DNA of 57,554 nucleotides, filler included, from Dugesia japonica (GCA_001938525.1; 6 parts of 6 records of this genome joined end to end with filler, not necessarily neighbours in it), one strand, 5' to 3'; positions 14,118 to 27,439 are shown, counted from the whole stretch's first letter. Notes: generated by a model from the sequence alone, not told the origin. Numbers and translations: made by a program.

Positions 14118-14226
14118 CTTGATTTATTAATAGAACGGAAATTTGACTATTATGAGAAAGAAATCTATCCAAAGCCAACTGATACTGATTTATATTCAAC
14201 ACCTGGTAGTTTCTTTGAATCCCGAT
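14118..14226 (+). pseudogene. Penelope-like RT fragment between two Polinton termini
   Basis: LDLLIERK...EIYPKPTDTDLY..GS matches the PLE FLDxxI...VYRKPTxTxxY motif. Confidence 0.55.
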
Positions 14227-16729
14227 AGTAGATAGATAGTGGCACACGGGCACATTTTGGCAATGAGCCAAAATTCGGGCACAATTATTTTTAAGCAGTT
14301 ATCGAGCTCCCTCCCCCTTTCCCCGGGGAGGGGGAGCTAGGAAACACATAGCGCTTAAGCCCCGTTTTTGTACCAATAATTTTTGTGATCGATTTTTTTT
14401 CTAAGATTTTTGGTATTAAAAAATATTTTGATCGGATCAAATTTTGTATTTTATCTGATTAGTTTTTTTTGATCCTGAAGGTGTGTATGTATTTTTAAAT
14501 TTTAAATTTACTTGTGTTTGGGTGGTTAAGGTGCTTTTTAAAAGTAGGTCAAGTTGTGTTTGTGTGTGTGTGTGTGTAAAAGGCTGAAAAAATCGAGGAG
14601 GAGTAGCTGGTGATCTTGGAGATAATTTTTTTTGGATTTTGCAGATTTATTTCTTGTCGGACAAATATTTGGTATATATAATGTCTAAAGGACTTATGAG
14701 TTTGGATGGATAGTTTTCATTACAAGGGTATTGGCACACGGGCACAAAATATGAGTTATCGTGGGAGGTTTTTCTTTTGGTTGAAGTTTTTTATGTTGTT
14801 GATGGAATTTGTTGTTTGATGGCTTGTTGGAGAAGTAATGTGATGGTGAAGATGTTGGTTGTCAAATGTGCTTTTTTTTTATGTTTTGAGGACTACTTTT
14901 TGATTGGTTTATTTTGTAAGTAGTAAAGATGTGTTAAAAAAATTTTTCGTGAGGTGGAGGTTNNNNNNNNNNNNNNNNNNNNNNNNNNNNNNNNNNNNNN
15001 NNNNNNNNNNNNGATGGAATTTGTTGTTTGATGGCTTGTTGGAGAAGTAATGTGATGGTGAAGATGTTGGTTGTCAAATGTGCTTTGTTTTTTATTTTAT
15101 GAGGGCTACTTTTTGATTGGTTTATTTTGTAAGTAGTAAAGATGTGTTAAAAAAATTTTTGTGAGGTGTAGGTTGGTATGTATGGAAAAAGAATTAATAA
15201 GCGGATTTTATAAGATTTTTTTGAAATTTTTCTGTCAAGTCGTGATGACGTGAGATTTTTGAAATAATTAATTTGGTAAAAAATGCTGTATATTGCTTAA
15301 TTTGATGAATGTAATGAAAGTAATATCATTTTTGAATTTTTGATGTATTTTTGGTTATTTTTTCGGTATTTTGATCGGGGAAGTGTTGTTTTGTAAGATT
15401 TTCGACTGTAGAAGAGGGGAGTCTTGATATATTTTAAGATATTATTACAAGATATGGGCAGTTTTGATATTTTTTAACATATTATTACAAGAAATTTATG
15501 CATGCCATGGGCATTCTTGATATTATTTTAAGATTTTATCACAAGATATCAACAGTCTTGATATTATTTAAGATATTATTTAAGATATTATTACAGGATA
15601 TCGGACAGTCTTGATTAAAGCATTATTGATTATTTCTTTATATTTTACTTTAGATGGTTCAGTGTTGATATTTATTTTGTAAGACATTGAGGCATTATTG
15701 ATTTAATATAAAAATATTTTTGCTTTAGATGGGCCGGTCTTGTTGTTTTGCAAGGAATGAACAGTTAAAATTCATATGTACGTGATTTTCAGTGTATCGT
15801 TGTTGCATCTGAGTGGCATACCTATTGCATTTATTTAAAAAAATTCAAAATGGTGGCTATATTGAATTTTAAAAATTCTCAGACTTGTGATTTTCAGTGT
15901 ATGTGTGTTGCAGCTGAAATGCTTTTTTAGTTACATTTATGAAAATATATCTATCAAAAAACCACAAAGAAGCCTTTGTGATATTTACATGTTAAAATAT
16001 ATCTGTCAAAAAACTTTACAGAGGGGAGTCTTTGCGATATTTACATGAATAAATATTCAAATTAAAACTTTTCATTACAAAATGATAAAAAACATAGAAC
16101 TTTATTCAAAAACATATTACTAGTGTTAATTTTCTATTAAGAAAAATCTCATTACAGTTGCAATTGTTAATATAAAATATCATTACCGATGCAATTTTTA
16201 AAAAAAAATCAAAATACCGTTGCAATTTTAAATAAAAAATCTCATTACCGATGTAATTTTTAATACAAAATATCATTACCGATGCAATTTTTAATAGAAA
16301 ATCTCTTTAGTTTTACAATTTTTAATAAAAAATCTCATTANNNNNNNNNNNNNNNNNNNNNNNNNNNNNNNNNNNNNNNNNNNNNNNNNNAATTTTTAAT
16401 AGAAAATCTCTTTAGTTTTACAATTTTTAATAAAAAATCTCATTAGCGATGTAATTTTCCATTGTAAAAAAAACATTGACAATGCAATTTGCCAAAAAAA
16501 ACATATTGGTGATGCATTGTTCTTATAAAGATCATATTGGTGATACAATTTGTCTATAAAAAACAAATTACTAGTGACAATATTTCTATTTAAAAACATA
16601 TTGGTGATGTAGGGTTTCTATAATAAACACATATGTAGTGGCAATTTTCCATACAAAATGATAAAAACATAGAAACTTCCCATATAGCTAATAAGCCTAT
16701 ATAAAAAAGACTTATAAGTAAATATTTTG

Positions 16730-18200
16730 ATAACTAAATAGGGTTTATCAATGTATAAAGTTTAAGAGTGAAGAGGGTTGAAGAATAAAGAGGGTTTATG
16801 AGTGTATGTTTTGCATTGGTACCTTGTGTTATAGGATTTATTTATATAATTCAGATGACAAATCATAGCAACCATGTAATATAGGGTTTGAGTGTATTTA
16901 TACATAGCAACCTTGTATTATAGGGTTTATGAGTATATAATTTACTTAGTAACCTTGTATTATTTACATATCAACCATGAAATATAAGGTTTATGAATTA
17001 TAAGATTTATGAGTGTATTATTTACATAGCAACCATGTATTATAAGGATTTTGTGTGTATTAATACATAGTAACCCTGTATTATAAGGTTTATGAGTATA
17101 TTATTTGCATAGTTATCTTGTACTATTTACATAGCAACCATGAAATATAAGGTTTATGAAATATAAGGCTTATGAGGGATTATTTTACAATCAAACGTGT
17201 AATATAAGGCTTATAAAGGTAATTATTACATAGTAAAAATGTTTTATAGAGTTTATGAGTATATTATTTACATATTAGCCGCGTAATATATGGCTTACAA
17301 GTATATTATTTGCTTAGGTACCATGTAATATTTACATAACAACCGTTTATTATAATATTTTTGTGTGTATTATTTACGTGAAAACTGTATAATATAAGAC
17401 TTATGAGAGAAAGTTTTACATAACATACTTGTATAATAAGGATTATAAGATTTGAGAGTGTATTATTTGCGAAACAACCATTTAATATATGATTTTGTTT
17501 TGTGTATTATTTACATAGTAACCATGTATTATATGGTTTATGAGTCTGTATTTTACATATTTACCTTGTATTATAAGGATTTTGTGTGCATTAATACATA
17601 GTAACCATGTTTTATAAGGTTTATGAGTATATTATTTGATAGTTGCGTTGCATTATCTACATAGCAACCATCTATTATAAAGATTCTGAGAGTATTATTA
17701 CATAGTAAACATGTATTATTGGCATAGTTACCTTGTATTATTTACAAAACAACCGTTTAATGGTTTTTGTATGTCATATTTACATAGCAACCATGTATTA
17801 TAAGGATTGAGTGTATTATTTACATATTAATCATGAAATATAACGTTTATGAAATAAAAGACTTATGAGTGTATTATTTACATAGCAACCATGTATTTTA
17901 AGGATTATGAATGTATTTATTTTTACATAACAACGATGAAATATAAGGTTTATGAAATATAAGACTTATGAAGTAATTATTTACATAGCAAACGTCTAAT
18001 ATAAAGTTGTTGAAGGTATTTTTCATAGTTACCATGTAATATATGATTTATGAGTATAATATTTGTATATTTACATTGTATTATTCACTTAGCAGCTATG
18101 TAATATATGTTTTATGAGTGCATCATTTACATAACAACAATGTATATTTTTCTCTAATAACTGTGTAATATAAGGCTTATGAGGGGTTTTTTTTAAGTAG
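16730..18200. repeat. Degenerate ~40-bp satellite (tttacatagcaaccatgtattataaggtttatgagtgtattat)
   Basis: Dozens of diverged units; the same unit occurs in the other Polinton copy at about 56100-56220 and 56900-56930. Confidence 0.85.
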
Positions 18201-18378
18201 AATAATTTGATTATCATTTTCCTTTATTATGTACTCATAAACCAATTGTAGTTAAAAACTTACTATTATTACTATTACTATTACTTATAAGTTTTGTTTT
18301 ATAAAAATAATAAAAGAAAAAAATTAAAAAAAACAATTTTTTATTCAAATCTATTTATTTAACAACAAAAAAATAACA

Positions 18379-18693
18379 TTAATTTCGACAAAACAAATAA
18401 AATATTACAGGAGATGTCAATAAAATACCAGCAATAAATGTTTTTCTCTTTTGTCTCTTTAATTTTTCTCTAATTTTCTCCATAAATATTGGACGGACAA
18501 TGAGTTCAACATACTCATGTTTTCTCAATAGATCATTCTCGATCCTGCTTATGAATTGAATTTTGTTAACGGATCCACTGATAATTTCATCTGCCAATTT
18601 TTTAATTTCTCTTTCCATTTGATTCATTTCTTCAACTGGCCCATCGGTAATTGCATCAGCAATTTGTTTAATTCCTCTTTGGATTTGGTTCAT
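18379..18693 (-). CDS. Polinton TIR-proximal 104-aa protein with two tandem BH3-like motifs and a C-terminal tail anchor
   Basis: Intact ORF; 22-aa repeat containing IKQIADAI / IKKLADEI; basic KRQKRK then hydrophobic FIAGILLTSPVIFYLFC and RN-stop; conserved TATA and AAAATG context; homolog at 56488-56802. Gene status is well supported, BH3 function is inferred. Confidence 0.75.
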   Translation of the reverse strand: MNQIQRGIKQIADAITDGPVEEMNQMEREIKKLADEIISGSVNKIQFISRIENDLLRKHEYVELIVRPIFMEKIREKLKRQKRKTFIAGILLTSPVIFYLFCRN

Positions 18694-18765
18694 TTTGTTT
18701 TCAACTTTGAAAAGTAAAAGTGACTTATTTTACAAAAGCTACTGTTTATATACTTGGTGCGATAC
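18694..18765 (-). promoter_or_regulatory. Putative core promoter of the small Polinton gene
   Basis: gtatcgca.caagTATATAAAc...gtaaaataagtc...caaagtt...caaaATG conserved in both copies (also about 56416-56487, plus strand). Confidence 0.55.
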
Positions 18766-21700
18766 ATACATACATACTCGTTATTTGTTAGTTTTTATTG
18801 GTCATTAAATGTTTTAAAGGAAATGAATGGTTATTATTATTAATTTATATGATTGGATGTAATTTGTTTAAAGTAATAGGATTTGTTATCTAAATTACAC
18901 ATGAACATGGTGCGAGCATGCAATGTGCATGACATGCACATCCATTTTGCATACACATTGAATGGTGACCTCTCATTACACGGTTGATATGTAAATAATA
19001 TATGGTTGATATGTAAATAATACATGATCGTTATGTAAATAGTAATACAAGGTGACTATTAAATTATGAAAATATTTTCTTATAAGTTTTTTATATAGTC
19101 TTATTAGGTGTATATGGAAAAGGTCTATGTTTTTATCATTTTGTTTTCAGAAATGTTCTCAATCAATGTTTTTTTTATTAAAAAATGGCAACACTAATGT
19201 TACTTTTGATTAATAATTGCAACACTAATGATACTTTTTATTTAAAATTGCATCACTAATGATACTTTTATTTAAAATTGCGTCACTAATGTTTTTATGA
19301 AACAAGTTCTGTTTTGATCATCTTGTAAAGAAAAGCTTTAATTTGAATATTGTATAATGCAAAATCACACAGACTCCCCTCTTTAAAGTTTTTTAGAGAT
19401 ATTTTTTATCATGTAAATATCACACGGACTCCCCTCTTTGGTTATTTTTAAACTTAATATTTTTTTATTATGTAAATATCACAAAAACTTCCTTCTTTGA
19501 AAATTTTTTTGGATATATATATTTTCATAAATGCAACTCAGAAACATTACAGTTACAACACACAACACTAAAAATCACATGCCAGGGAATTTTTTATGAT
19601 TAAATGCAATAAGTATGCGATCCAGACGCAACTCAGATACAACACTTTTACACTGAAAATCACAGGTTTGAGAATTTTTAATAAATTGCTAACCAAATAA
19701 AACGTCTTTAAAACTCAACATAGCCGCCATTTTGATTTTTTTAAAATGCAATAGAATTGCAACTCAGTTGCAACTCAGATGCAACACACATAAATTAAAA
19801 ATTACGTGTCTATGAATTTTAGACTGTCTCATACTTTGCAAAATATCAAGTCTGTCTCATCACATGCTAAATATAGAGGCTCCCATGTTAAATATAGTGG
19901 CTCCTTATTCAAACTTTCAAGACTGTTCATACCATGCAAAATACCAAGACTGCCCGATATCTTGTAATAACATCATAAAAAATATCAACTCTGCTCATAC
20001 CATGCATAAATATCTTGTAATAATATCTTAAAAAATATCAAGACTGGCCATAACATGGATAAATTTATTGTAATAATATCTTTAAAAAAATATCAAGACT
20101 CCCCAATACATGCATTAATTTCTTGTAATATTATCTTAAAAAATATCAAGAATGCCCATATCTTGTAATTATATCTTAAAAAAATATCAAGACTGCCCAT
20201 AACATGCATAAATTTCTTGTAATATTATCTTAAAAAATATCAAGACTGCCCATACTTTGTAATAATATGTTAAAAACTATCAAGACTGCCCATAGAATGC
20301 ATATATTTCTTGAAAAATATCAAGACTGCCCATAACATGCATTAAAATCTTGAAATAATATCTTAAAAAATATCAAGNNNNNNNNNNNNNNNNNNNAATA
20401 TCTTAAAAAATATCAAGATTGCCCATCATATGCAAAATATAGAGTCTCTGCATGCAAAATATCAAGTCTATCCCATCTCTTACATAAAAAAGTAATTAAA
20501 TTAAATTTAATTTAATTTAACTAATTTGCAATAAAAGATTTCCCCCCATTGTATCGAAAAATTACCTTTTTCCAATTTCTCGCCAAAACAATTTTTTTTA
20601 AATTTCCCGCCAAAATAAATTTTTTTGAATTTCCCGCCCAAATAAATTTTTTAAATTTCCTGCCAAAAATATTTTTTTTTAAATTTCCCGCAAAAAGATT
20701 TCAAAAATATCAAAACTCCCCTCTTCTACAGTCGAAAATCTTACAAAACAACACTTCCCCGATCAAAATACCGAAAAAATAACCAAAANNNNNNNNNNNN
20801 NNNNNNNNNNNNNNNNNNNNNNNNNNNNNNNNTTAATTAATTAANNNNNNNNNNNNNNNNNNNNNNNNNNNNNNNNNNNNNNNNNNNNTCATGATAATAA
20901 GAGTGTATCCATAAAGGAAAACAATTATTTTTGTAGATGAAAGAGTGGGTAAAATACATTATTAAAACCTTGAATAAATTATATTTAGATGAAATAATTA
21001 ATTTGAACATAAAATATTTTATACATAAGATATATAGAGATTACTAACAATTTTGAGAGAAAATTGAGTTATTTTAAATTTCAAAGGGGTTCGATCCCAA
21101 ACCTTCTGTTGATAGCGAAAATGTAAAGTTGGTGTGCGACCAATGGAATTTCGATTTGACCAAATCATTTGATTGAATAATTGTCGTATGAAATTTTAGT
21201 TAATAAATATTTTATTGGATGATACTTGTAAAGTCAATTTTGAGTATGTTAAAATATTATTGGTTGATGCGATAAATTTTTGAAAATTGTTTAGTCTATA
21301 TGTATGTGTGCACAGAAAGCACTATATAATTGAATGCATTTTTGTAAAAACTCAGATTATTTATCGTTCAGAATTTTTGTGAAGAATTTTCGTGAAGAAT
21401 TTTGTTAAGAGTTTTGATTAGAGTTTTGTTGAAAATTTGTGATCAGAGTTTGACTAGAATTTTTGATTAGAGTTGGTGCGATTTGATTAGAAATATTGAA
21501 GAAAGATATTGTCAGTTTGTTAAATTAATAAAAGTTTATTTGAAGATTTTATTCAATTTACGGTAATTATTATTTATTTGAAAGAATTAAATTGACAGAG
21601 ACGCAACCTATTTATCAGAGTCAGATATTAAATTGAAAGTAGAGCTCAAGTGTCGTATATAGCCAGACATATGTATGGGATAATAGGTTTGAATGTGTAT

Positions 21701-24700
21701 ATGATTTTAGTGCTAAGAAATTAATGCATAATGATTTCTCAAATGCTATGTCATTTTGTATTTAGAATATATATTTTATGCTTAATTCGTTTTCCAAGTC
21801 TAACAATTATAATTCTTCTATAATTGGTCTTCTTTCTTCATATTTTATTTCCTAATTCATATCTTCATTGATTTCTTTTATTTTTCGATCCTTTGAACTA
21901 TTTTCTTGGCTTAGTTAATTAAAAAATTTTTTCTTATTAATTCCAATTTAATTATTTTTAGTTGAACTAAACTCCACTTATTTAGGGTCCCCCTAGTTTT
22001 TTATTAATTCTTTCTTTGGTATTTCATCCAAATATTTCTATAGATGTTTTATAAATCATAAAATTTTAAAAAAGCAAAATAAATCATTTTATGAATAAAA
22101 TTTAATGAAACCGACGTATAATAATATACAAAACCATTTTTAGATTTGTAACTATGGAATTACTGAAAATATAAGAACAGGAAATTGATTTTAATAGATT
22201 TAGGTTTGATGATATTCGGTAACTTGATGGAGGATTGTTGATTTGGAATTCTTTTGACAATCTTCTCAGTTGTTTTATCGTGAAAAGAGATCATTTTTGC
22301 ACAAATCGTGGATAACAGGAGAAAAAGTTCACTCTAGAGTCTAGAGAATGAGTATTTGCAAATTAATGTTGATTGGGTAGATGCGAATATCGAATATTTT
22401 GACAATCGAATTTCCTGAAATTTTCCGATAGTTGTAAAGAAAATTTCCTAAATTTGAGATAATTGGATAGTGTCGAAATTTGATGACTCTGATCCACAAT
22501 ACTGTAGCTGTTTGGTGACTGGCGGCCTCGAAAATAAGTTTAAATGATGAAAATATTTTATTTAAATTTTAAAATAGGTTTTTCCAAAAATTCTGGTTTT
22601 TAATTAATTCTCTGATTGGCTGGAGTCGAGNGTTGCTTTTGCGTAAGAATTTTTGTCTGAATTTATAAATCTGGTTTATTTTTTAAGCTTTGAAATCTGT
22701 TTTATTTGGGTTTTCATTCATTGTGGTTTAATGATGTTAGCCCTATAAGTGGAATTTAATGAACAATATTTTGGTTAATTTTCTTAATTTCTCTAGAACT
22801 TTATATATTAATATATTAATACTAGAATTCATTTAAAATAAAGATTCGATCCAAAAAATTTTTTTATTGTTTTTTTGAGATTGAATCAATATTTCTACTT
22901 TTTCTTCGTCAGGAACTGACTTTTTTCAAGCTTTTGTTTTAAATGAATTCTGAAACAATCAATGGTTACGTACAATAATTATTCTCGCAATAATTGCCAT
23001 TGTAAAATACTTATAATAATTCAGTTTCCCATATTAATTTATCATTGGTTGCCTTTACTTGGGATTTGCATTCATTTCGCCTAATAATTTCGCTGTTGAT
23101 GAATCAATCTGAGTGTAAACGTTAACTCAGAGGGCATAATCTAAAATAAGATAAAGTCAAAACAATTCTGATTCGTTTTTGCTGCCTCCGGTTCCGATAA
23201 ACCATTAAATTCTTTTTTATCAACCTAACAACGCTTCCCGATGGAATAAAATACTAAATTTGAGACGGATGGTACGGATAGGAAGGTTAAGATTAAATTT
23301 ACTACTCCCCATTCTAACGACAATAATGGTTTTGGCACCAATGCTCATTCAATTAATAATTGCGATTTTAATAAATATAACGGCAATATTGTTACCAATC
23401 ACCCATATGGTTACTTCACGGTCGGTAACACTAATAGGGTAAGAACTTTTGCGGTTACCACCAATGATGACGGTATTCGCAAGGGTTATGTAACAGATAA
23501 TATTGATAATAACACTAACCTCATGATTTTAATAGTATTGATAATAGTGCTAGTTATATAAATACGTACTATGACGATAACAATGCTCCTGATGTGAATA
23601 ATAATACAGTTGTTAGCAAGCAATGCTGAGGTAATAATACAGAGTAGTTGTAATCATAGCATAAATACAACCATAACCTGATAGGCGATATCTGTTTTAA
23701 TAATGGCAGTACAATTAATAGTGATGCTTACAATGCTAATAATAATAGTAACGATAATACGGCTTAAAAATTTAGGACTAATTATTTGACATCATAATGA
23801 GAATAAATACTAATAATTATAATAAGAATCATAATACCAGGATAATAAGAATAAATAATAATTATCATAATAAGCATCGCTAACAATCCTGTTACTAAGG
23901 AAATTAATAATGATCATGTTTATTCCTAGTGTCCGTAACAAACAATAATAAACTATACCATAACGCTAGTTTACATCGTACAGGAGTGCGAAATAATTCT
24001 GTTAGTGCACTACGTTGGACCTGGATTCAGCGGCTAATGCTTGCCAGAATTATCAGAGTTTAACAGCAGAATTATCGATTTATAATGGTGTTGTTACGTT
24101 AATACAGAGTTATCCTCAACTAAATCGATGCCACTATCATGGATGAAAGGAAATCGTGATTGGTGCGTAGTTATCACAGATAAAGGCAACAGATGAGAAT
24201 CTACCAACGTAGCTTCACTCAGCTCCAGTTTGTATTGAGTCAGCGATGTGTGTTCCAATATCGCCTGCAGATTAATTGTTATTAAGCATATGTACAAAGT
24301 TTTCAGTAATATATGTATTTTAACTTTGAGTGGTGATGGTTTGGCTATGAGGAAAATTACGTGATCTAAAACTGTTGGAAATAATCTAATGATTTTCTAA
24401 TGCAGATCAATTCCGCGACATGCCTTTCTCGTCACCATCGCCTTTACTCATGGAACTCGGACGGATTTACATTATTTATTTCACGATGGAAGAAAATAAA
24501 TTAGTTGTTTTTAGAACCATTTCCTCTTAATCGACAATACCAAATGCACCTACTGTCTATGCTTCTGAACTTGGTCAAATTCAGCGATACTTATTCTCGC
24601 ATTTCGTTTAAAAGAGATGACGGATATCATGTTGGTTGAGTTATGAGCAATGAAAACAATTGGTGAATGCGGAAAAGTTATATTTTAAGTTGGAGGTCAT

Positions 24701-25090
24701 ATCCCTTTTTCTAAAATAAAATTGTTTAATTTGTTGTGGTTAATTACAAGAAAAAAAAAATTTTTTTAAATGAAATGCAAATAAGTAAGATATATGATTG
24801 GTATATTATTATTATGAAAATAAAATACTTTCATGCCACAGGTACATAAATATAATAATTAATTACTTCAATTTGATTTAAAAGGATTTTCTGCAACGGT
24901 TAAGTGAAAATCGTACAATATTTTCTGACTCCTAGTATTGGTGGTTTCCGTCTATCTTTCTACTTAGTTAGCCGAAAAAATCTTCCTCTATAATTTGAAA
25001 TAAATGACGATTAATACATTTTTCCAAAGGTGACGATCTTACAATTGATACTGGATGAATGGTTTAGTGAATTTTCTCGTAGCAATTTTT

Positions 25091-25340
25091 TAAACATGGG
25101 GTAAAATTTTTAGGAATTATTCTTTGCCTTATTTTATGAATAATTATATGGTAACACTTTTTTCTAGGTCGTCTCGTTTCAAAGATACACACATTTANNN
25201 NNNNNNNNNNNNNNNNNNNNNNNNNNNNNNNNNNNNNNNNNNNNNNNNNNNNNNNNNNNNNNNNNNNNNATTTATATGTATAAACATCCAAGGAATAATC
25301 CCTTAAATTTTTGCCCCATGTTTAACTAACACCATGTATA
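25091..25340. mobile_element. Tc1/mariner-type MITE remnant
   Basis: Inverted aaacatggggtaaaatttttaggaattatt / aataatcccttaaatttttgccccatgttt, right end acaccatgta-TA. Confidence 0.5.
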
Positions 25341-26675
25341 TATAATTCGTGAAAAGAAACAAAGTCTCTAGAAAATAATATTTATCAAATTAAATTAATT
25401 ATTTATTAATTTAATAATACAGATCCACAATCTTATTAATAAATAACCATACAAGTATAATATTATGCATCTTGGTTAAACCTTATTAAAAGATTCNNNN
25501 NNNNNNNNNNNNNNNNNTCAGAAGGACAAAGTCTCAAAATTTGCCATAGTCTCTAATTTGTTTTAAAAGGACTAAAAAAGGATTTTTGATTTAATTAAAT
25601 TCGGTAAATTATATTAGACAATCTTGGTTGCCAAATTTTGATTTAAAAGGAATAAAATCTACCAAAATGCTAACAATACCCACAGTTATCTAGTTCCAAA
25701 TACTGACAAATTAGCTAAATTAATCAATAATATAATATCAACCAAAATTGTATGTGATAAAATACTGGAAATTTTTCTATCTCGTTGATTATTTGAGTAC
25801 TGACAGAAATTACTATTTTTTATTAATTACAGTATGACTAATTTTTAAATTATTAAAATTAATATGTAATAATTTTTGTAATTTTAAAATTGCTTTTTTT
25901 AATAATATTTTTATTTACAAATTATTAACCCATAACTGTGTTTATTAAAGTAGACTTTATAAAATCTGAAAATTTAGTGACATAAAGAGCATAAACTATA
26001 TTAATTGTTTATATAGTGTAATTTGATCGTGTGGAAATTATCAAAGTTATTTTAATAATATTTAAAAAGCCTAAAAATATATTTAATAAAAATTATTTTT
26101 AAAAAATTTGCGTGGGAATAAATGGGTTTATTTTACTACTTAATTATCTGAAAATTTCTTATTAAAACCAATCTACTATTGTCAAGTATAAATAGTATGA
26201 TGTGAATTACTTAAATCATCCATAAAATCAATTAGATTTCAGTAATAAGAAAGAAATTCGACCTGTTAAATAGCAATTGGAAGTTAAATTTGTAACTCTA
26301 CAATTTTCTTTGTCGTATATTCTATTCGATTTACCTTATCAGTTAATTAATGAAGAATTATTTTCAAAATTTTTGAATTTTCTAGTGGTGTTAGGAGTAA
26401 AGTGCTGAATGAATTTCCAGTGCTTTATGAATATCATTAATTGATACGTATTATGTGCTGTCGGATCTTTGTCGTTCGTTGAAATCAATATCTCCATTTT
26501 GTAACAATCTTTTTTCATACCTTCCCACAGATTCATTGTTTAACAAATTCTTTATATTTTTTCTGTACTGCTGTTGCTTAATAACTGATTTTTTGTTGAT
26601 TAATAATTTATTAGAATTAATAAAAATCCAAATGTTTACGATATTTCCGGACAGAGGTAATAATTTTTATTGTAA

Positions 26676-27187
26676 ATTGACAGATTGATAGCTCTTTCTT
26701 GATTCGGGGGATGGTGGTGCATGGCCGTTCCCAGTTGGTGGAGCAATTTGTCTGGTTAATACGTTAACGAACGAAACTCTAATTTGCTAAATAGTACATT
26801 TGTTTTAAAATAGCAAATGCTGACTTCTTAAGGAAAAAATAGTGTTTAACCAAATGAAAAGATCAATAACAGGTCTGTGATGCCATTAGATGTCTGGGCT
26901 GCACGCGAGCTACAATGGCAGTAACAGCGAATTTAATTCCTAGCTATAAATAGCTTGGTAACTTGCTTAATCGCTGTCGTGTCAGGAATAGTGGATTGAA
27001 ATGATTCCATTTGAACGAAGAATTCCTAGTAAGTTCAAGTCACTAGTTTGCACTTATTACGTCCTTGTCGTTTGTACACACCGCCCATCTCTACTACCGA
27101 CTGAATGACTTAAGGACATCGTTGGATTTCGATTTTAGAAATGCCAACATTTTTATATTTGGAAAAATACAATCAAACTTGATTATT
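26676..27187 (+). rRNA. Degenerate 18S rRNA fragment (3' third), pseudogene
   Basis: ttgacagattgatagctctttcttgatt, ggtggtgcatggccgttc, caataacaggtctgtgatgcc, tttgtacacaccgccc; substitutions and deletions in universal segments; no flanking rDNA. Confidence 0.9.
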
Positions 27188-27439
27188 ATATATCAAACAA
27201 CATTTTGAAATTCTCTATAATGAAATTGTCGATTAAAATATCGAAGAAAGAACATAAAATGTTCTATTGGCATGCATAATTACTTCTGTCATTCTTATAA
27301 TCTTCCATAGATTTGTGATTGTTTTTGTAAAAATTTATTAAATTAGACTTTATTAGCTTTTGATTTCTAAAATTAAAATTCTTATTTTTTAATTTAGAAT
27401 GGGAAAAACAATTTCAATATTTCAAATCGTGAATTAGAT

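Larger units (their letters stand above)
14227..20788. mobile_element. Non-autonomous Polinton derivative: ~2.5-kb TIRs, internal satellite and one intact small gene (right end lost in gap)
   Basis: Starts AGTAGATAGATAGT; about 15345-16730 is inverted at about 19070-20788 (15350-15420 vs 20715-20788 near perfect); no Polinton core genes inside. Confidence 0.75.

Noticed and set aside
14802-15175. Direct duplication across a gap
   Set aside because: Most likely an unmerged contig overlap or haplotype
16730-18200. CRISPR-like appearance of the repeat array
   Set aside because: Intervening sequences are degenerate copies of the same unit rather than unique spacers; eukaryotic context with no cas genes
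20950-21670. Possible solo LTR
   Set aside because: LTR-like composition, but termini and TSD could not be fixed
23100-24200. Asn-rich coding-like stretch
   Set aside because: Many stops and no recognisable motif; probably decayed TE sequence
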